A DNA stretch of 64,000 nt from Babesia bigemina (Eukaryota). The notes under the pieces are model-generated. The model saw only the letters and a list, made by a program, of their open reading frames with translations, did not search any database and was not told the origin of the DNA. Within the stretch, counting starts at the first letter, position 1; every line of letters starts with the position of its first letter. The stretch is taken from positions 682,001-746,000 of the forward strand of contig NC_027218.1 in the NCBI RefSeq assembly GCF_000981445.1, in the 5' to 3' direction. The position numbers and the translations under genes were made by a program. Below are positions 1 through 11,594 of this stretch, one piece after another.

Positions 1-498
1 GTAGGTTGATCACGAGCACGGTGAGGTCCTCGCGCTGCGCCTCCTCAATCTCACGCTGTCTCCTCTGCTCGTGCTCCAATCTGGCGCGCTCTTCCGGGTC
101 CACAGGCGCCCTTTCATCGCGCGCCCTGCTTCGCTTCTCGCTCTCACGATAGCTGCGTTGTCGTGATGGGCTACGCTCTCTGCGAGTGGACCTGCTGTGG
201 CGCCTCCTGGATGATTCGCGGTCTCGGCTGATGGAACGGCTGTGTCTGGAGTGCCTGCAACCCTTTAGACGGTAAATCGAGGCGCGTGGCCGTACCTTCG
301 GTGCGATCGTTCGCGATGGCCGCGCGATGAGCTGTAGCTATCCGAGTGCCTCCGCGATCGGTGGTACCTTCTCGGGCTACGTGACATCGAGCGGTCGCGC
401 CGGTGGTAGCGACTAGGGCTCTTGTCTCTAGGCTCGCGGCTTTCGCGATCCCTGTCGGGAATCACTTTGCCGACATCTGCAACGTCAGCTGTTTCCAT
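1..498 (-). CDS. RS-domain/RRM splicing factor, RBM39 (CAPER/CC1)-like; 3' part lies outside the window
   Basis: ATG 498 and an RS/RD-rich N-terminus. A 41-nt intron (255-295, GTACGG...TGCAG) restores the frame into ...EEAQREDLTVLVINL, resembling the start of RRM1 in RBM39-type proteins. Confidence 0.75.
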
Positions 499-745
499 TG
501 CAGTGAATCGTTATCTTACAGCCTGATGGCCCCGCCACGCACTAGAGTTGAAAAGATTCTGTTGTACTGAGGGTGGAATGTCGCGGCCGTGGTCGTTGCC
601 TGGGCGTGCATCGGTGGGGGCGTGCGGAAGGTCACTGCCCTGGCTACGCCGGCGCGCCACGTGCTTACACACAGTGATTGTGCGACTCAATTTTGTCATA
701 TTCTGCATTATTTCGTTATTCAGCGAAGATGTTATTCGGTGGATG

Positions 746-1793
746 CTACACAGTCTGAGGTGGTTCCTTGACCTCGAACCTACGGGATGTTTGCGGGATG
801 CTGTGTCTACTTACTTCATTGAGTTAAGATTCACATCCCACGTGGAGCTGATGTTGCTGTAGTTTTGTCGCTGCACCCTGCGCTTGTTTACAGTTGGGCG
901 GCGGTGCGACCTACCAGTAGAACACATAGAATACGGTCCAATTCGGTATCAGGATGACTATCGTGTTCGTGGCGATGTACAGCACCTCCTTGAGGACAGG
1001 CATGTCGAGTTCAAATCCCTTCCCGTTCATGCTTTGTTTCACGGAGTAGTACAGCACGACGTCCCATACCAGCGTACCCTGTTCATGCGTCAACCGTAAA
1101 GCGATGTTAACGAACCATTGCGGCGATTGCCTCTACAACTACAAGTAGCAGCAGGTGCTGGTACCTGGTGTCGCTGTACGATTCGACGAGGTCGCCGCCG
1201 TCTCGGAGGAAATTCTGCAGGTTCGCGCCGCTGTCCGGCTGTCCTTGTTCCGTCCCCTCCTCGTCGATTTTCAGTATCTTGCTGACATCCAGGCTCCTCC
1301 GTATTTTGCAGGCGACGTATATGACCGCCACCGACATGGCGCACCAGAGCGCCGACATTATGATTCCAACCTTCGCGTTGAGGTATATGGTGTGGTCGTA
1401 CACGTTGAAGTAGCTGTACAGCAGTGATAGTGCGATGCAGCATGTCACGAAGTTCATCAGCCCTTTCGCCATCCGTCTGCGGCGCTTTTTGTTCGCCAGC
1501 ATTATGTCAAGGCAGCTCCAGGATATGATTTCAGCTTGCACGACCTTTATTGCCTTGTTGAGGATGTGCAGGAACGGGTGCTGGTCGCCGAAGTAGAAAA
1601 TAATGCCGAATACCAGCTGCGAGCACGACAGCAGGACGACGCAGAGCTCGCTGCGTGGCATCCTGCTGGGCGATACAGCCAGTCGGCACAGCACGTAGAT
1701 GAATGCGATAAGCGTAATTAGGCACACGAGCCCAAATAAACTGCATTTTAGCTCGGAGTGCAGGTCGAGCAGCTCCACTCGAACCTCCGCCAT
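746..1793 (-). CDS. Seven-transmembrane (serpentine-like) membrane protein, ~312 aa, 4 exons
   Basis: Introns 1079-1115, 878-914 and 780-814 (all GT-AG, 35-37 nt) give a 939-nt in-frame CDS with about seven hydrophobic segments. Confidence 0.75.
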
Positions 1794-2525
1794 GGGTTAC
1801 TTCCGATACAATGTGCAAATATCCCAGCTTTATTCGGCACGGCCACCGAGTACGGGGTCCGCGCCCCTGCAGAGCGCGCCTACTGACGGCGCTCTTCGAT
1901 TATCACCGCCTGCTTCACGTTCGAACAGCGACTTCTCCTCGGTCACCGATGTGCGTCAGGGGAGCGCCGTTCCTCGCCCCAGGCGCATCGCGCGTATCAC
2001 CGTTCCACGTCACCGGCAATACGAACGAGAGTGCACTGTTAATCAGCCGTACACATAATACCGTCACGGTAGCAGGCTTTTAAATTCAGTTCGTCCAGTC
2101 GACCGAGGTAGGTGTCTGTATGTGTAGGTGTACCAGCGATTCCGCAGTGGCATATTTTCTGCTATTCGTCACACATGTGTGTTGCACAAATCAACCTGTG
2201 GATGGCGTGCATGATTCTCGTTTAATGTGCACGGTTTTTGTGTGCGTATTATTTTCATACACACTGCACAGTTGAGTGATTTTACTCCCGTTCCCCTTTT
2301 ACTGCTTTCAAGGGGCACTTGAATGATTATAAAGGGCGTTTGATTATTAGTTAATAGCACCAATTCCCGTGCCTGTACTTGGTGGTTAGTTTACCTTTTA
2401 TTGCTGCACGTGTTATTCTGCATCAACGTGTTGAGCGAATTGACCATGTCTTGTGTCTATCGTTGCATTTCACACCGAACACTCTTATATTGTGGCAGTG
2501 TCAGGATCTCGCAATCGTATCAACA

Positions 2526-3576
2526 ATGTACTTCACGTACGTTGTCCGCCCCGGAGAGGCGCCGGAGAGCCGTGGCCCTCAGTTCGAGCCCGTTTGGGAG
2601 TTCCTCATGAATTACAACCTCCGCGCCGGGTTCCTGCTGCAGCTGTTCGCGTTCATAGTATTCGCTCTCGGAATCTACAATGGAGGCAAGGACCCCTTGG
2701 CCATGTTAACCTTCTTCCGCGCCCTTCCCGAGAACTTCGGTGTGACCCCCTTTAGTCTCACGCTTTTATGCCACGGCGGTTTCATTGTCGGCACTCTGCT
2801 CATCATGTCATTCATCCAGATGAGCGAGGACGATTCCTCCATCAAGCAATGCAGGGGTTACCGTGCTGGCACAAAGTTCCTCTTGCAGGCCACCTCTTTC
2901 GGTAGGTTTGATGTTGCACGTATTTGAGCGTAATAGTTGTTCGAATTCTATATGTGCATGCTAACAGTAGTGACATCTATTTCTGTATTCAAACAATCCG
3001 AACCGCTTTTCCATTATTTCTGCAGGTGCCGTTTCCTGGTGCCTGAGCATGATCACCTTCCTTGGTGCCACCTACCATTTCGGTGCCCAGTGGATGGAGG
3101 AGCAGATCGGTGATGGTTCTAACTGGCTGATTTTCTTTACTTCTCGCCTGTGTGATGCTTTCGCCCTCCTCTTGTACGCCGGCGGCTGCTTCTTCTTGGA
3201 GACCTACCACTCCGAGGGTACCAACGAAAGCTGGGGATGGATGTGCGGTTCCGCTTTCTTGATGGCCGGATTGTGCGAGGTTCTTGCCCTTAACTTCATC
3301 AACACCGCCATGTTCGCCATCGTCGAGCGCCTCTACACTGTTTCTTTGGGATTGGCCCTCGGCCTCAGCGCATTCTGGGCATTTATGTTCGAGCCGGTGT
3401 GCCACCGTTACGACGTGAAGTTGACACAGAGTGCGTTGCGTAACGAGTACTACAAGTCGCGCAATGCCATGGCCTTCTACGGCCCTGCCGTGGTCGACGA
3501 GAACGGGGAGGTCGACATTGCCGCCGCCACCGAGCAGGTGCAAAACTCCCTGTCTAACCAAATGATGGTGCAGTAA
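2526..3576 (+). CDS. GAPM1: Glideosome-associated protein with multiple membrane spans (GAPM family, probably GAPM1)
   Basis: N-terminus MYFTYVVRPGEAPESRGPQFEP, EDDSSIKQCRGYRAG and ALRNEYYKSRNAMAFYGP match my recollection of apicomplexan GAPM proteins. About six TM segments; intron 2902-3025. Confidence 0.85.
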
Positions 3577-3654
3577 GGCCGCATCTAACACTAGTGTAAT
3601 TTTGTACACCACATTGGTGAGTTTGCGTTTACATGCAATCGGTTCTATGGTTAT

Positions 3655-4793
3655 ACGTGAGGGGTGCTCTGCTGCGCTTGTTGCATACTGTTATATGTTG
3701 ATACGCTTGGATTGGGTCAATGTACTCGCGTTTATCAGGCTATCCTCCATGTAGTCGGTATTGGCTGCGGTGTCCGCGTATTGCTATTGCCGATTGCATG
3801 TAACGTCATCCATCCTGTCTAGGCTCAAAGGCCACCCACAGAGACATGATCTTCGTTGCGATTAATGTTCCTTATCGTATTCGATGCCACTTCAAAAGTT
3901 GTATGCTAGGTGAAAATTATTCCCCGCATCTCCTTCACCAGCTCACTTTCTCTTCTTCTTGGCCGGCTTCTCGAGCAAATTATCGTGGTTGGTAATCCCT
4001 GTATCATCAATGACTGCAGTGGTATTCTGTCATTACTCCAGTGTTATGCATGACGGCTTGTAGTTTATGGTAATCTCAGTCATCTCCTTCTGCGCAAGCC
4101 ATCGTTGGCATCCTCCACCAAAGCCTGAATATCATTTTACTCATACAACTGCTTGTAATCCCCGTATATCTCCTCTGTTATTCCTAGTTGTAGTCCACAT
4201 TCTTTGTGTTGACGTCACAATTGAATACATCACGCATCGAAGTCCCTCATGCCTTGTGAAGCCTGTATAGAGACCAATACTTCCATTACCGCATTACTTT
4301 TCCAGTTCACACCTGCCGTCATTCACAACATCCGCCGATCATATTCCCTTTCACATATAGGCAGACCTTTCTTCATAACTTGGATGCCCATGAGTGTCGG
4401 TGGGGCTGACATCGAATCTCAGATAGGCTAAGGAGGATTCACTGCGAACATTAACTTCCAAGTTGCATAGGGTTGATGGTTACTTCGCGTGGTTGAATGG
4501 ATTAATGTAGTATGGAGGCATAGTACCGCCCCCCTCGGAGCGGATTTAACTTCTAAGTTGTCTGTATCAGCGAAGTCACGCATATGTGAGCAGTACGTGT
4601 GCTTGTTTTCCGTGAATCATAAATAAACCGATCATAAGGTACACGCGTGACTAATGTAGATTGGGGCAGTATAAAAGGTCGATTCCACACGTAATTTACT
4701 TATCGCATTTTGCAGCAAGGTGGGTATCTGCAACCTCTAATTGTTGGTGGGCATATTGAAGTTGCAGATACATTTATCTCTCAATCCTTCAAG
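3655..4793 (+). promoter_or_regulatory. ~1.1 kb conserved ves 5' module (copy 1)
   Basis: Aligns with 48537-49692 and, more distantly and inverted, with ~20161-21350. Contains TATAAAAG at ~4670 and ATCGCATTTT...TGGTGGG before the ATG. Confidence 0.75.
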
Positions 4794-7700
4794 ATGGCAC
4801 CAAAGAAGCTCACCGACTGCCCGGAAAATCTTCGGGAATCTATCGATTGGCTGATTCAGATTAAGAATTGTGGAGATAAGAAAGGTCTTCAGAATTTGGC
4901 TGATGCTTTGGGTACGTTGATTAATCAGGCTATTGAAGATGCCCAAAATAGTCTTAAAGCCGAAGAAGAGAAACTTAAATGCCCTATAATATACGAGGGG
5001 AATCTAACTTACTGCCAGTTTAATGATAGGTCCCTTAAGGAAGCTGAAAAGAAACTCGAGGAACTTAAAGATAAACAGGACCTTGAAAGCGAATCTCAAA
5101 AACAGCGTTTAGAAAAAGAGATCGAGCAGTTTAAACTTTCTAAAGAAAAATGTATTCAACATACTCACCCACGGTATCCTGATAGTAAGGCCTTGAAAGA
5201 TGTTAGGGCCCAGCTGAAGGCTTCACAGGAACTGCATGAAAAACTTAAACCATTTTTGAATAATCTTCAGAGAACTGCGAAGAATCCTAATGATGGCATT
5301 TTGCATAACCTTTGTTCCGGTCTAGAGACATTTCTGGGTTTTGATGCCGCAACCAAAGGCTACACTGGTAAGGGAATTGTCTACTCCGACCTTGACCGGC
5401 TGTGTGATGCAGTTATGGCGTTTATCGTCAAATGTTTAAAGGAAAACAAAAGCTTGTTGATGCATTATTATTCTGAAATCGTAGATAAGATAGGCTTGCT
5501 AGAAGGCTCTATAGGCAAAGGTTTAAGTGTAGAGGGATTAAGGAGGGCCATTGATACTGTTAGAGATGGGTTGGAGGGTTATGAGGGTGGTATGGATGTA
5601 AGGATACAAAATTTTTTGGATAATGTGAAATCGCTCAATAACGATCTATATGTTAAAGTTAAAACTATTGAATCATTCACTGATAAAGATTTTATTAAAG
5701 TGTCAACTTCTTTTCGTGATTCTGTTGAAATCGCCATCCGGTCCATCGCTACTCTTAGGGATAATGAGGCGGGATTCAAAAATATTGATAAACATTTGAA
5801 AGGCAAATTGAACATCTCGTTAGAAAAAATTGATGAACGTATAAAAGGGTTGCATAATGCTTTACAAGATGATATTTTCGTAAAGGCCGTAAACACATTG
5901 CAGTCGACGTTCGACACGTTGCCGGATGAGGTAGAGCGATTCATATCAAATAATGTCACGGGTACAATTAGTGGACACAGGGACACCGTTGTAGATTTGA
6001 AAAGAAAAGTTAAGGAACATATTGACGTATCTCGCGATAATTTTCAAGTAGAACGTCTTCGGGTATGCAAAGTAGACATGGAGAAGGCGATTGCAACCTT
6101 CAGAAAAAACGCTAAGAACTTGGGAGGGTTACGAAGTGATGTTGTTAAGAAGGCTATTGATGAGATAGAATACACATTGAAGGATGAAGTAGATAAAGTT
6201 GAGGATGAAAGTGCATTGAATAGTTTAAAGATTAATCCTGTCGGAACTCAGATTGGAAATATTACCAAGGAGATTAATCGACACTGTGAAGGAAAATGTA
6301 TGGGCGGGCTGCGTGGTCTGGAAAAGTCGATTGGTGAGCCTAAAAAATTGTTCGACACTCATCATCAACGTAGGTTGTCGGAATTGGTTAAACACGCCAA
6401 AACGAATATAGAAAAAACTCTTAAGTGCGCTGATGAACACGCCAAATATTTAGGAGGGTTAAGGAACGATGCGGTTGTAGGAGCTATAAAGGTCATCCAG
6501 GAAAAGTTGGATGAAGTTAATGGTGGATCCTATGACATTGATACGTTTGTAAAGCTGACAAATTTAAAAAGTCAGACGGTGGATGTGGAAGTCAAGAAAA
6601 TTCAAAATGTGCTCAACGACGGTGCTGAGACAATTATAGTTGGGTTGCGTGGTTTGGAAGGTAGCATTAAAAAACCCGAAGATCTATTCAATAAACATAA
6701 AGACACGTTATTAGAATTTGCAGAAGAAGTCCAAAACGATTTTCAAACGGCCGTATCTAAAGCTCAAGAGTGCATTACGAGGCACGGAGGGATGCATAAT
6801 AATAAGATCATGGGTGCTTTTAATTCAATTGAAAAGACGTTGAAAGGAATCGAGACGCCCAATAAAAATGCTGAAGACTTGTCCCAAGTTGTTGCTCTGG
6901 TTGAAGGTCAGCTTGCTCAGGTTAATGGTGCTGTGCGTGCTAGTGCTCCAACCCTTCAGTCTACATTGACAGCAGAGTTCACCGAACTTAAGCACAAGAT
7001 TGGCGGCGTTTCAACAACTCTCACAGATTCTGAATTAAAGTCACTGATCACTACCACGAGGTTGTACATTGTGGACGCGATATGCGCAATTGAATGCCAC
7101 GGGACAAACACCAACGGCACAAAGAACAATGGCGCGTTCGCCATTGTAACAGCTCTATATGGAATTTTAGGAAGGCTTAACGAACCTTTCAGAGACTTTA
7201 TCACGACGTTGCATATCACTATTAATTCTGATCTTATAACACTCCAAGATGTTAACGGTGCTTTCAAGGAGCAGGTAAAAACCTCAGGAACTACTACATT
7301 GTTAAAGAGTTTAAATGTAGGAAACCTACAACCCGAATTTGATAAATCTCGTAAAGCTGCGCTAAAGCCATTGTTGGATAGGGTTAAGAATGCTTTGACT
7401 GGAGCCGCCGAAGGTGTAGAATCGATGCTACTAGGAATGCAAAGCAGTCACAAAGATGAACTAGGAAGTGCGTTAAGGAATCTTAAAAGGCCCATTGAAT
7501 CTCTAAATACCACGTCCAAGTTAATGGACTTTGAGTCGCAGCTTGGTGTGGTAGATGCCGCATTTGATAAAGTTAGAACGCAAATGTCCATACCTTTGTT
7601 TGACCAGCAAATCCTCATACACGTCCAAAAGTCTATTGCGGAAATAAAAAGAGAACTCAGACGCACGATAATAACTGCACAGGCCACCGCCTTCCAAACT

Positions 7701-10700
7701 GCAATTGACATTGCCAGAGCCGAAGTTGGCAGTGTGGTGCAAAAGGCCAAGACTGCAATACAAACAGCTGAAAGTGAATATCAGTTGGAATTAAATAGGC
7801 TCTGTGCGAATATTGATGCTGCTGCACAAGATTTGCAAAATAAAGCCAGCAAACATCAAATTGGTGATGCCACTGCTGCTATAATCAAACCATTTTCGAA
7901 TATCACAAATGCTATCACCTCCAAATCAGTTTTCTCCGCAGATATTGCCGAACGCCAACAATATTTTGATAATCTCCAATCTCAAATTACCAATACAATA
8001 GCAACCATACATGAAGCATACAAAAATGCATACAGGAGTGCTGCTAAGTCCTACCTCAGCGGGGCGATTGGATCAATTAAAAAAGCAGTCGGAGATGCGG
8101 AAACAGCGTACGGAAGTGCGATTGATACGCATATTAAGGCTATAGGAGGCAAGGTTGTTCATATTAAGGAAGAAAAGTTTAAAGTGGCTGCTGAAAGAAA
8201 TAAATTAGCGATGTTGTTCGAAGAATCTTTCCGGCAATTGGAGGCGGCGGTCAAAGAAAAGTCTGCCTTCCGAAAAGATCTCACTGGTCGTACAGAGTGT
8301 TTCAATAATCTCAAAACATTGATTGAAGACACAGTAAACACTCTCTCCACCGCCTACCAGAAGGCTTATCAAAGCTCTGCAAAGACGTATCTCAGTAATG
8401 CAATAAGTAAGATAAAAGAAAACGTCAATAATGCTGAATGGAATTATGTGGATGCGATTAATGTGGAAATAAAAAAAGTCAAAGAAACAATCACGGGCAT
8501 ACAACATATAGATTTTAAAGAAAAGGCAACAAGGGATGGATTAACGGAACGACTTACTCCAGTATTCAAGACATTGCAAGAGAAGGTTAAAACTTGTTGT
8601 GCCTTTAAAACAGATTTTGTTAACCGTGCAACGTGTTTTACCAGCCTTGAAAATCTCATTAATAGCGCCATTGCTGGGATCATACATGCCAGCGAAACGT
8701 TTGATAACTGCACCTCAATGGCGGAAAATTATCTCACTGAATCCTTTAACGATGCTTCAATAAAGATTACTTCGCTTGGTAACAAAATCCACGATCGAAT
8801 TAAACAAGCGTTCGACAAAATCATACTTGAAGTTTACACCATGTATTCAAAAGACAAAATTGCACATATGAAAGCTTTGAATACTTGCATTGAGTGTATG
8901 ATGCAAGAATTCAAGAGCATTATAGAAGAAGACAAACGAACTGGGATGAAAGGGTTGTTAAAGGCTCTTAGCGGTGTTAACCCAAATTATACGAATCCTG
9001 AAAATAGGCTTGAGAAGCTTAAAGATAAACCGTTAGCGAAAGAATTAGCTCAAGAAGTAAAATCGTATTTAGATTCAATCTTCATATACGTTTGGAATGA
9101 CATATACGCCGTAATAGGATCTCAGTTTACCTCCAAGAACCTATATAAAACAAAGGTTGAGAAAATTAAAAACAACCTGAACGAGTTATTCAACCATCTC
9201 ATTGTCGAAAAAGGCAAAATCTATAACTACGATCATAAGTTTGTTGACTTACTCGGAAATGTTAAAAGTGTATTGATCAATATGTATCCTCAGGAATTCG
9301 GTGCTACGGAATATCCAGTTTTGGATGGTATCAGAGAAGGATTGAACGGTTTCACCGAGCAATTAGGGTATGCATATATAAACAAATACGTTGGATCTAA
9401 ACCAATTGAGTGGCATGTAGATAAGCAACAGACGAAGCTTAGCCAAGATGCAACGCGCTGCGCCAAGATATTCCTCACCCTCATACCGGAGTGGCATAAG
9501 CATATACCCTATCTCAATAGGGAATGTAATAAAGGTTGTACCGACAAAAAAATATCACTGCAAGAACAGAAAATGAATAGTGGGATCACAAAGATTGTTA
9601 CAAATCCCCTCGGTCTCTGGTTTGATTGCCGTGGTTACAAGGTATCTGGGTTCGACAAGCAAGAGGGTGAATTGAGAAATAACAGTGGTTGCACAGGTAA
9701 CAAGATCGGTGAAAATCTTAAGACATTTTTCGACAAGAAAAACACTTTTGGCAACCTTTTGTACTACCTTTATGAATATTATAAAGTCTGCCATATAAAA
9801 CATATTCCTAGCCCCAAGCCTCCGACCACAATCTGTCAGATGCTCTACTGGCTCTGTGGCTTGGAGTATACTCCTATGTACGAAAACATGAAAACGTATC
9901 TTCAGGAGTGGTATAATGATTTCAAAAAAGAGCATGAGATCGAGAAAGCATTATCGGCCACCGTACCGAGAAGAACAGGTCACGAGGTCGTCACAGACTT
10001 AAATCTCGGTAATCTACTTGGGTCGTACCAAAATGTCACCCTACGTGCATCTGATGTATTGCTTACCATCCTTGGATACGGAGACGCAGACGGGAGATAC
10101 GCCTGTGAGTTCAACACTAATCCATACAATCTATATTACCCGACTGACAAAAGCAAATGCTTTGATATGCTGGTCGAGATATGCTTGAGACTAAACCACC
10201 AATTGCGTTTCCTGTATATGCAATGTCACAACGGCCCACGTAGCAGCGGTTGGGCCGATTGCCGATATGGTAAGTACATAGCAGGGTCGGCGTGGAACTG
10301 CAACAGGCTGCAATGTGTTGAGCAAGGCTGCGACCAAAACTGCAAATGGCATAATGACTGCGGCGTCAAGTCACCGCTACAATCGTTCTTAGAAGATGGT
10401 CTGAAAGGCTTTTTGCCACATCAGTTCAGCTCACCCAGTTGCAAGTTAGAATGTTCGGTAAAGAACCACAACGGCATCCCGTGCAAGACTCCAATGGGCT
10501 TTGCTGACATAAGCATAACGGCATCGTGGACCAGGACTGGACACGATATTAAGAAGGTGCTTGACCCTTTCTGCGGCACACTACCGGATTCACTGAGCCT
10601 ACTCTGTGCCTACTTCCTATGTCTGCTGCGCCGACCTCCTCAGACCCTGTGTGACATGTTCGCGTTTTATGAGAACTTCTTTGAGCATTGGAGCGGGCAT

Positions 10701-11591
10701 TACGACAGTGTGCACAAGGAACAGGTCAAGCAACATAAGCACGATGCATTTAAAGCTGTGGTTGCAAGTGCTAATTTCGGAGTTGAATACGACGGCTTGG
10801 ACCCTACCACCATGTTCCGTAGCAGTAGCCATTCTGGAGATGATGCCACTCACCTCAAAGGCGACCTGTTTGCTATTGTTAACTGCAAACCAAATGAGAA
10901 CCCAGTCCACCCCTGCGGGTCATACTTGCAGCCACTATCATACGAGGTGCGTTGCGTATTCACCGAGAAACTCGCTGCCGACTACCTATCTTGGATTGTC
11001 TACATAACAGAAACGTTTTACAATCTACTCAACGACCTGTATAACAAATGCACTAAATGTTGTATCCAACAACAAGCAGACTGCTATGGCAGAATATGTG
11101 CCAAGGGTTGCACAGTGGACTCCACACCTGAACCAGCTGAAAGTAAAATGCTCACGGACAAAACGCATGGCGAGTTGTGCAACTCCATAGTCCAATGTGC
11201 CGGTATTCATCCCACAATATATGCAGCAGGATTCACATTTGGCAGCCCGTGGAGTCTATGTGGCGATAACGGCATTGGAAAGAAACGGTCATGTAAAGAT
11301 TTCTGTACGGCGTTAGGAATGGTTGTTGCGAAATATAATGCTATTTATAACCTTGTGAATAAGCACATCCCCAATTTCCTGTGGGAAATCAGACACAAAT
11401 TCTTCTACACCCTCGTGGCTCTCTGGGCCTACTCCCTCCTCTACCTGTTGTACGTCATCATCGGACGCCTAGACACACTCCACGTCCGCTCCCACTTGAG
11501 ACTGCCATCATCGCACAAGATATCCGCCCAGTCACTGCTTGCCACTGCACGTCTCAACAACCTCGCCAAGCTCGCTTACCTGCGGACGTGA
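4794..11591 (+). CDS. Variant erythrocyte surface antigen (VESA/ves)-like protein A, ~2265 aa, intronless
   Basis: N-terminal KKLTDCPENLRESIDWLIQ, GYTGKGIVYSDLDRLCD, long helical middle, Cys-rich SPLQSFLED/CKTPMGF region, C-terminal TM followed by RLDTLHVRSHL..PSSH. Confidence 0.92.
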   Translation: MAPKKLTDCPENLRESIDWLIQIKNCGDKKGLQNLADALGTLINQAIEDAQNSLKAEEEKLKCPIIYEGNLTYCQFNDRSLKEAEKKLEELKDKQDLESESQKQRLEKEIEQFKLSKEKCIQHTHPRYPDSKALKDVRAQLKASQELHEKLKPFLNNLQRTAKNPNDGILHNLCSGLETFLGFDAATKGYTGKGIVYSDLDRLCDAVMAFIVKCLKENKSLLMHYYSEIVDKIGLLEGSIGKGLSVEGLRRAIDTVRDGLEGYEGGMDVRIQNFLDNVKSLNNDLYVKVKTIESFTDKDFIKVSTSFRDSVEIAIRSIATLRDNEAGFKNIDKHLKGKLNISLEKIDERIKGLHNALQDDIFVKAVNTLQSTFDTLPDEVERFISNNVTGTISGHRDTVVDLKRKVKEHIDVSRDNFQVERLRVCKVDMEKAIATFRKNAKNLGGLRSDVVKKAIDEIEYTLKDEVDKVEDESALNSLKINPVGTQIGNITKEINRHCEGKCMGGLRGLEKSIGEPKKLFDTHHQRRLSELVKHAKTNIEKTLKCADEHAKYLGGLRNDAVVGAIKVIQEKLDEVNGGSYDIDTFVKLTNLKSQTVDVEVKKIQNVLNDGAETIIVGLRGLEGSIKKPEDLFNKHKDTLLEFAEEVQNDFQTAVSKAQECITRHGGMHNNKIMGAFNSIEKTLKGIETPNKNAEDLSQVVALVEGQLAQVNGAVRASAPTLQSTLTAEFTELKHKIGGVSTTLTDSELKSLITTTRLYIVDAICAIECHGTNTNGTKNNGAFAIVTALYGILGRLNEPFRDFITTLHITINSDLITLQDVNGAFKEQVKTSGTTTLLKSLNVGNLQPEFDKSRKAALKPLLDRVKNALTGAAEGVESMLLGMQSSHKDELGSALRNLKRPIESLNTTSKLMDFESQLGVVDAAFDKVRTQMSIPLFDQQILIHVQKSIAEIKRELRRTIITAQATAFQTAIDIARAEVGSVVQKAKTAIQTAESEYQLELNRLCANIDAAAQDLQNKASKHQIGDATAAIIKPFSNITNAITSKSVFSADIAERQQYFDNLQSQITNTIATIHEAYKNAYRSAAKSYLSGAIGSIKKAVGDAETAYGSAIDTHIKAIGGKVVHIKEEKFKVAAERNKLAMLFEESFRQLEAAVKEKSAFRKDLTGRTECFNNLKTLIEDTVNTLSTAYQKAYQSSAKTYLSNAISKIKENVNNAEWNYVDAINVEIKKVKETITGIQHIDFKEKATRDGLTERLTPVFKTLQEKVKTCCAFKTDFVNRATCFTSLENLINSAIAGIIHASETFDNCTSMAENYLTESFNDASIKITSLGNKIHDRIKQAFDKIILEVYTMYSKDKIAHMKALNTCIECMMQEFKSIIEEDKRTGMKGLLKALSGVNPNYTNPENRLEKLKDKPLAKELAQEVKSYLDSIFIYVWNDIYAVIGSQFTSKNLYKTKVEKIKNNLNELFNHLIVEKGKIYNYDHKFVDLLGNVKSVLINMYPQEFGATEYPVLDGIREGLNGFTEQLGYAYINKYVGSKPIEWHVDKQQTKLSQDATRCAKIFLTLIPEWHKHIPYLNRECNKGCTDKKISLQEQKMNSGITKIVTNPLGLWFDCRGYKVSGFDKQEGELRNNSGCTGNKIGENLKTFFDKKNTFGNLLYYLYEYYKVCHIKHIPSPKPPTTICQMLYWLCGLEYTPMYENMKTYLQEWYNDFKKEHEIEKALSATVPRRTGHEVVTDLNLGNLLGSYQNVTLRASDVLLTILGYGDADGRYACEFNTNPYNLYYPTDKSKCFDMLVEICLRLNHQLRFLYMQCHNGPRSSGWADCRYGKYIAGSAWNCNRLQCVEQGCDQNCKWHNDCGVKSPLQSFLEDGLKGFLPHQFSSPSCKLECSVKNHNGIPCKTPMGFADISITASWTRTGHDIKKVLDPFCGTLPDSLSLLCAYFLCLLRRPPQTLCDMFAFYENFFEHWSGHYDSVHKEQVKQHKHDAFKAVVASANFGVEYDGLDPTTMFRSSSHSGDDATHLKGDLFAIVNCKPNENPVHPCGSYLQPLSYEVRCVFTEKLAADYLSWIVYITETFYNLLNDLYNKCTKCCIQQQADCYGRICAKGCTVDSTPEPAESKMLTDKTHGELCNSIVQCAGIHPTIYAAGFTFGSPWSLCGDNGIGKKRSCKDFCTALGMVVAKYNAIYNLVNKHIPNFLWEIRHKFFYTLVALWAYSLLYLLYVIIGRLDTLHVRSHLRLPSSHKISAQSLLATARLNNLAKLAYLRT

Positions 11592-11594
11592 TGT

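Noticed and set aside
4249..4431. 60-aa ORF repeated at 49148-49330
   Set aside because: Its conservation is explained by near-identical DNA, and no equivalent is evident upstream of ves B.
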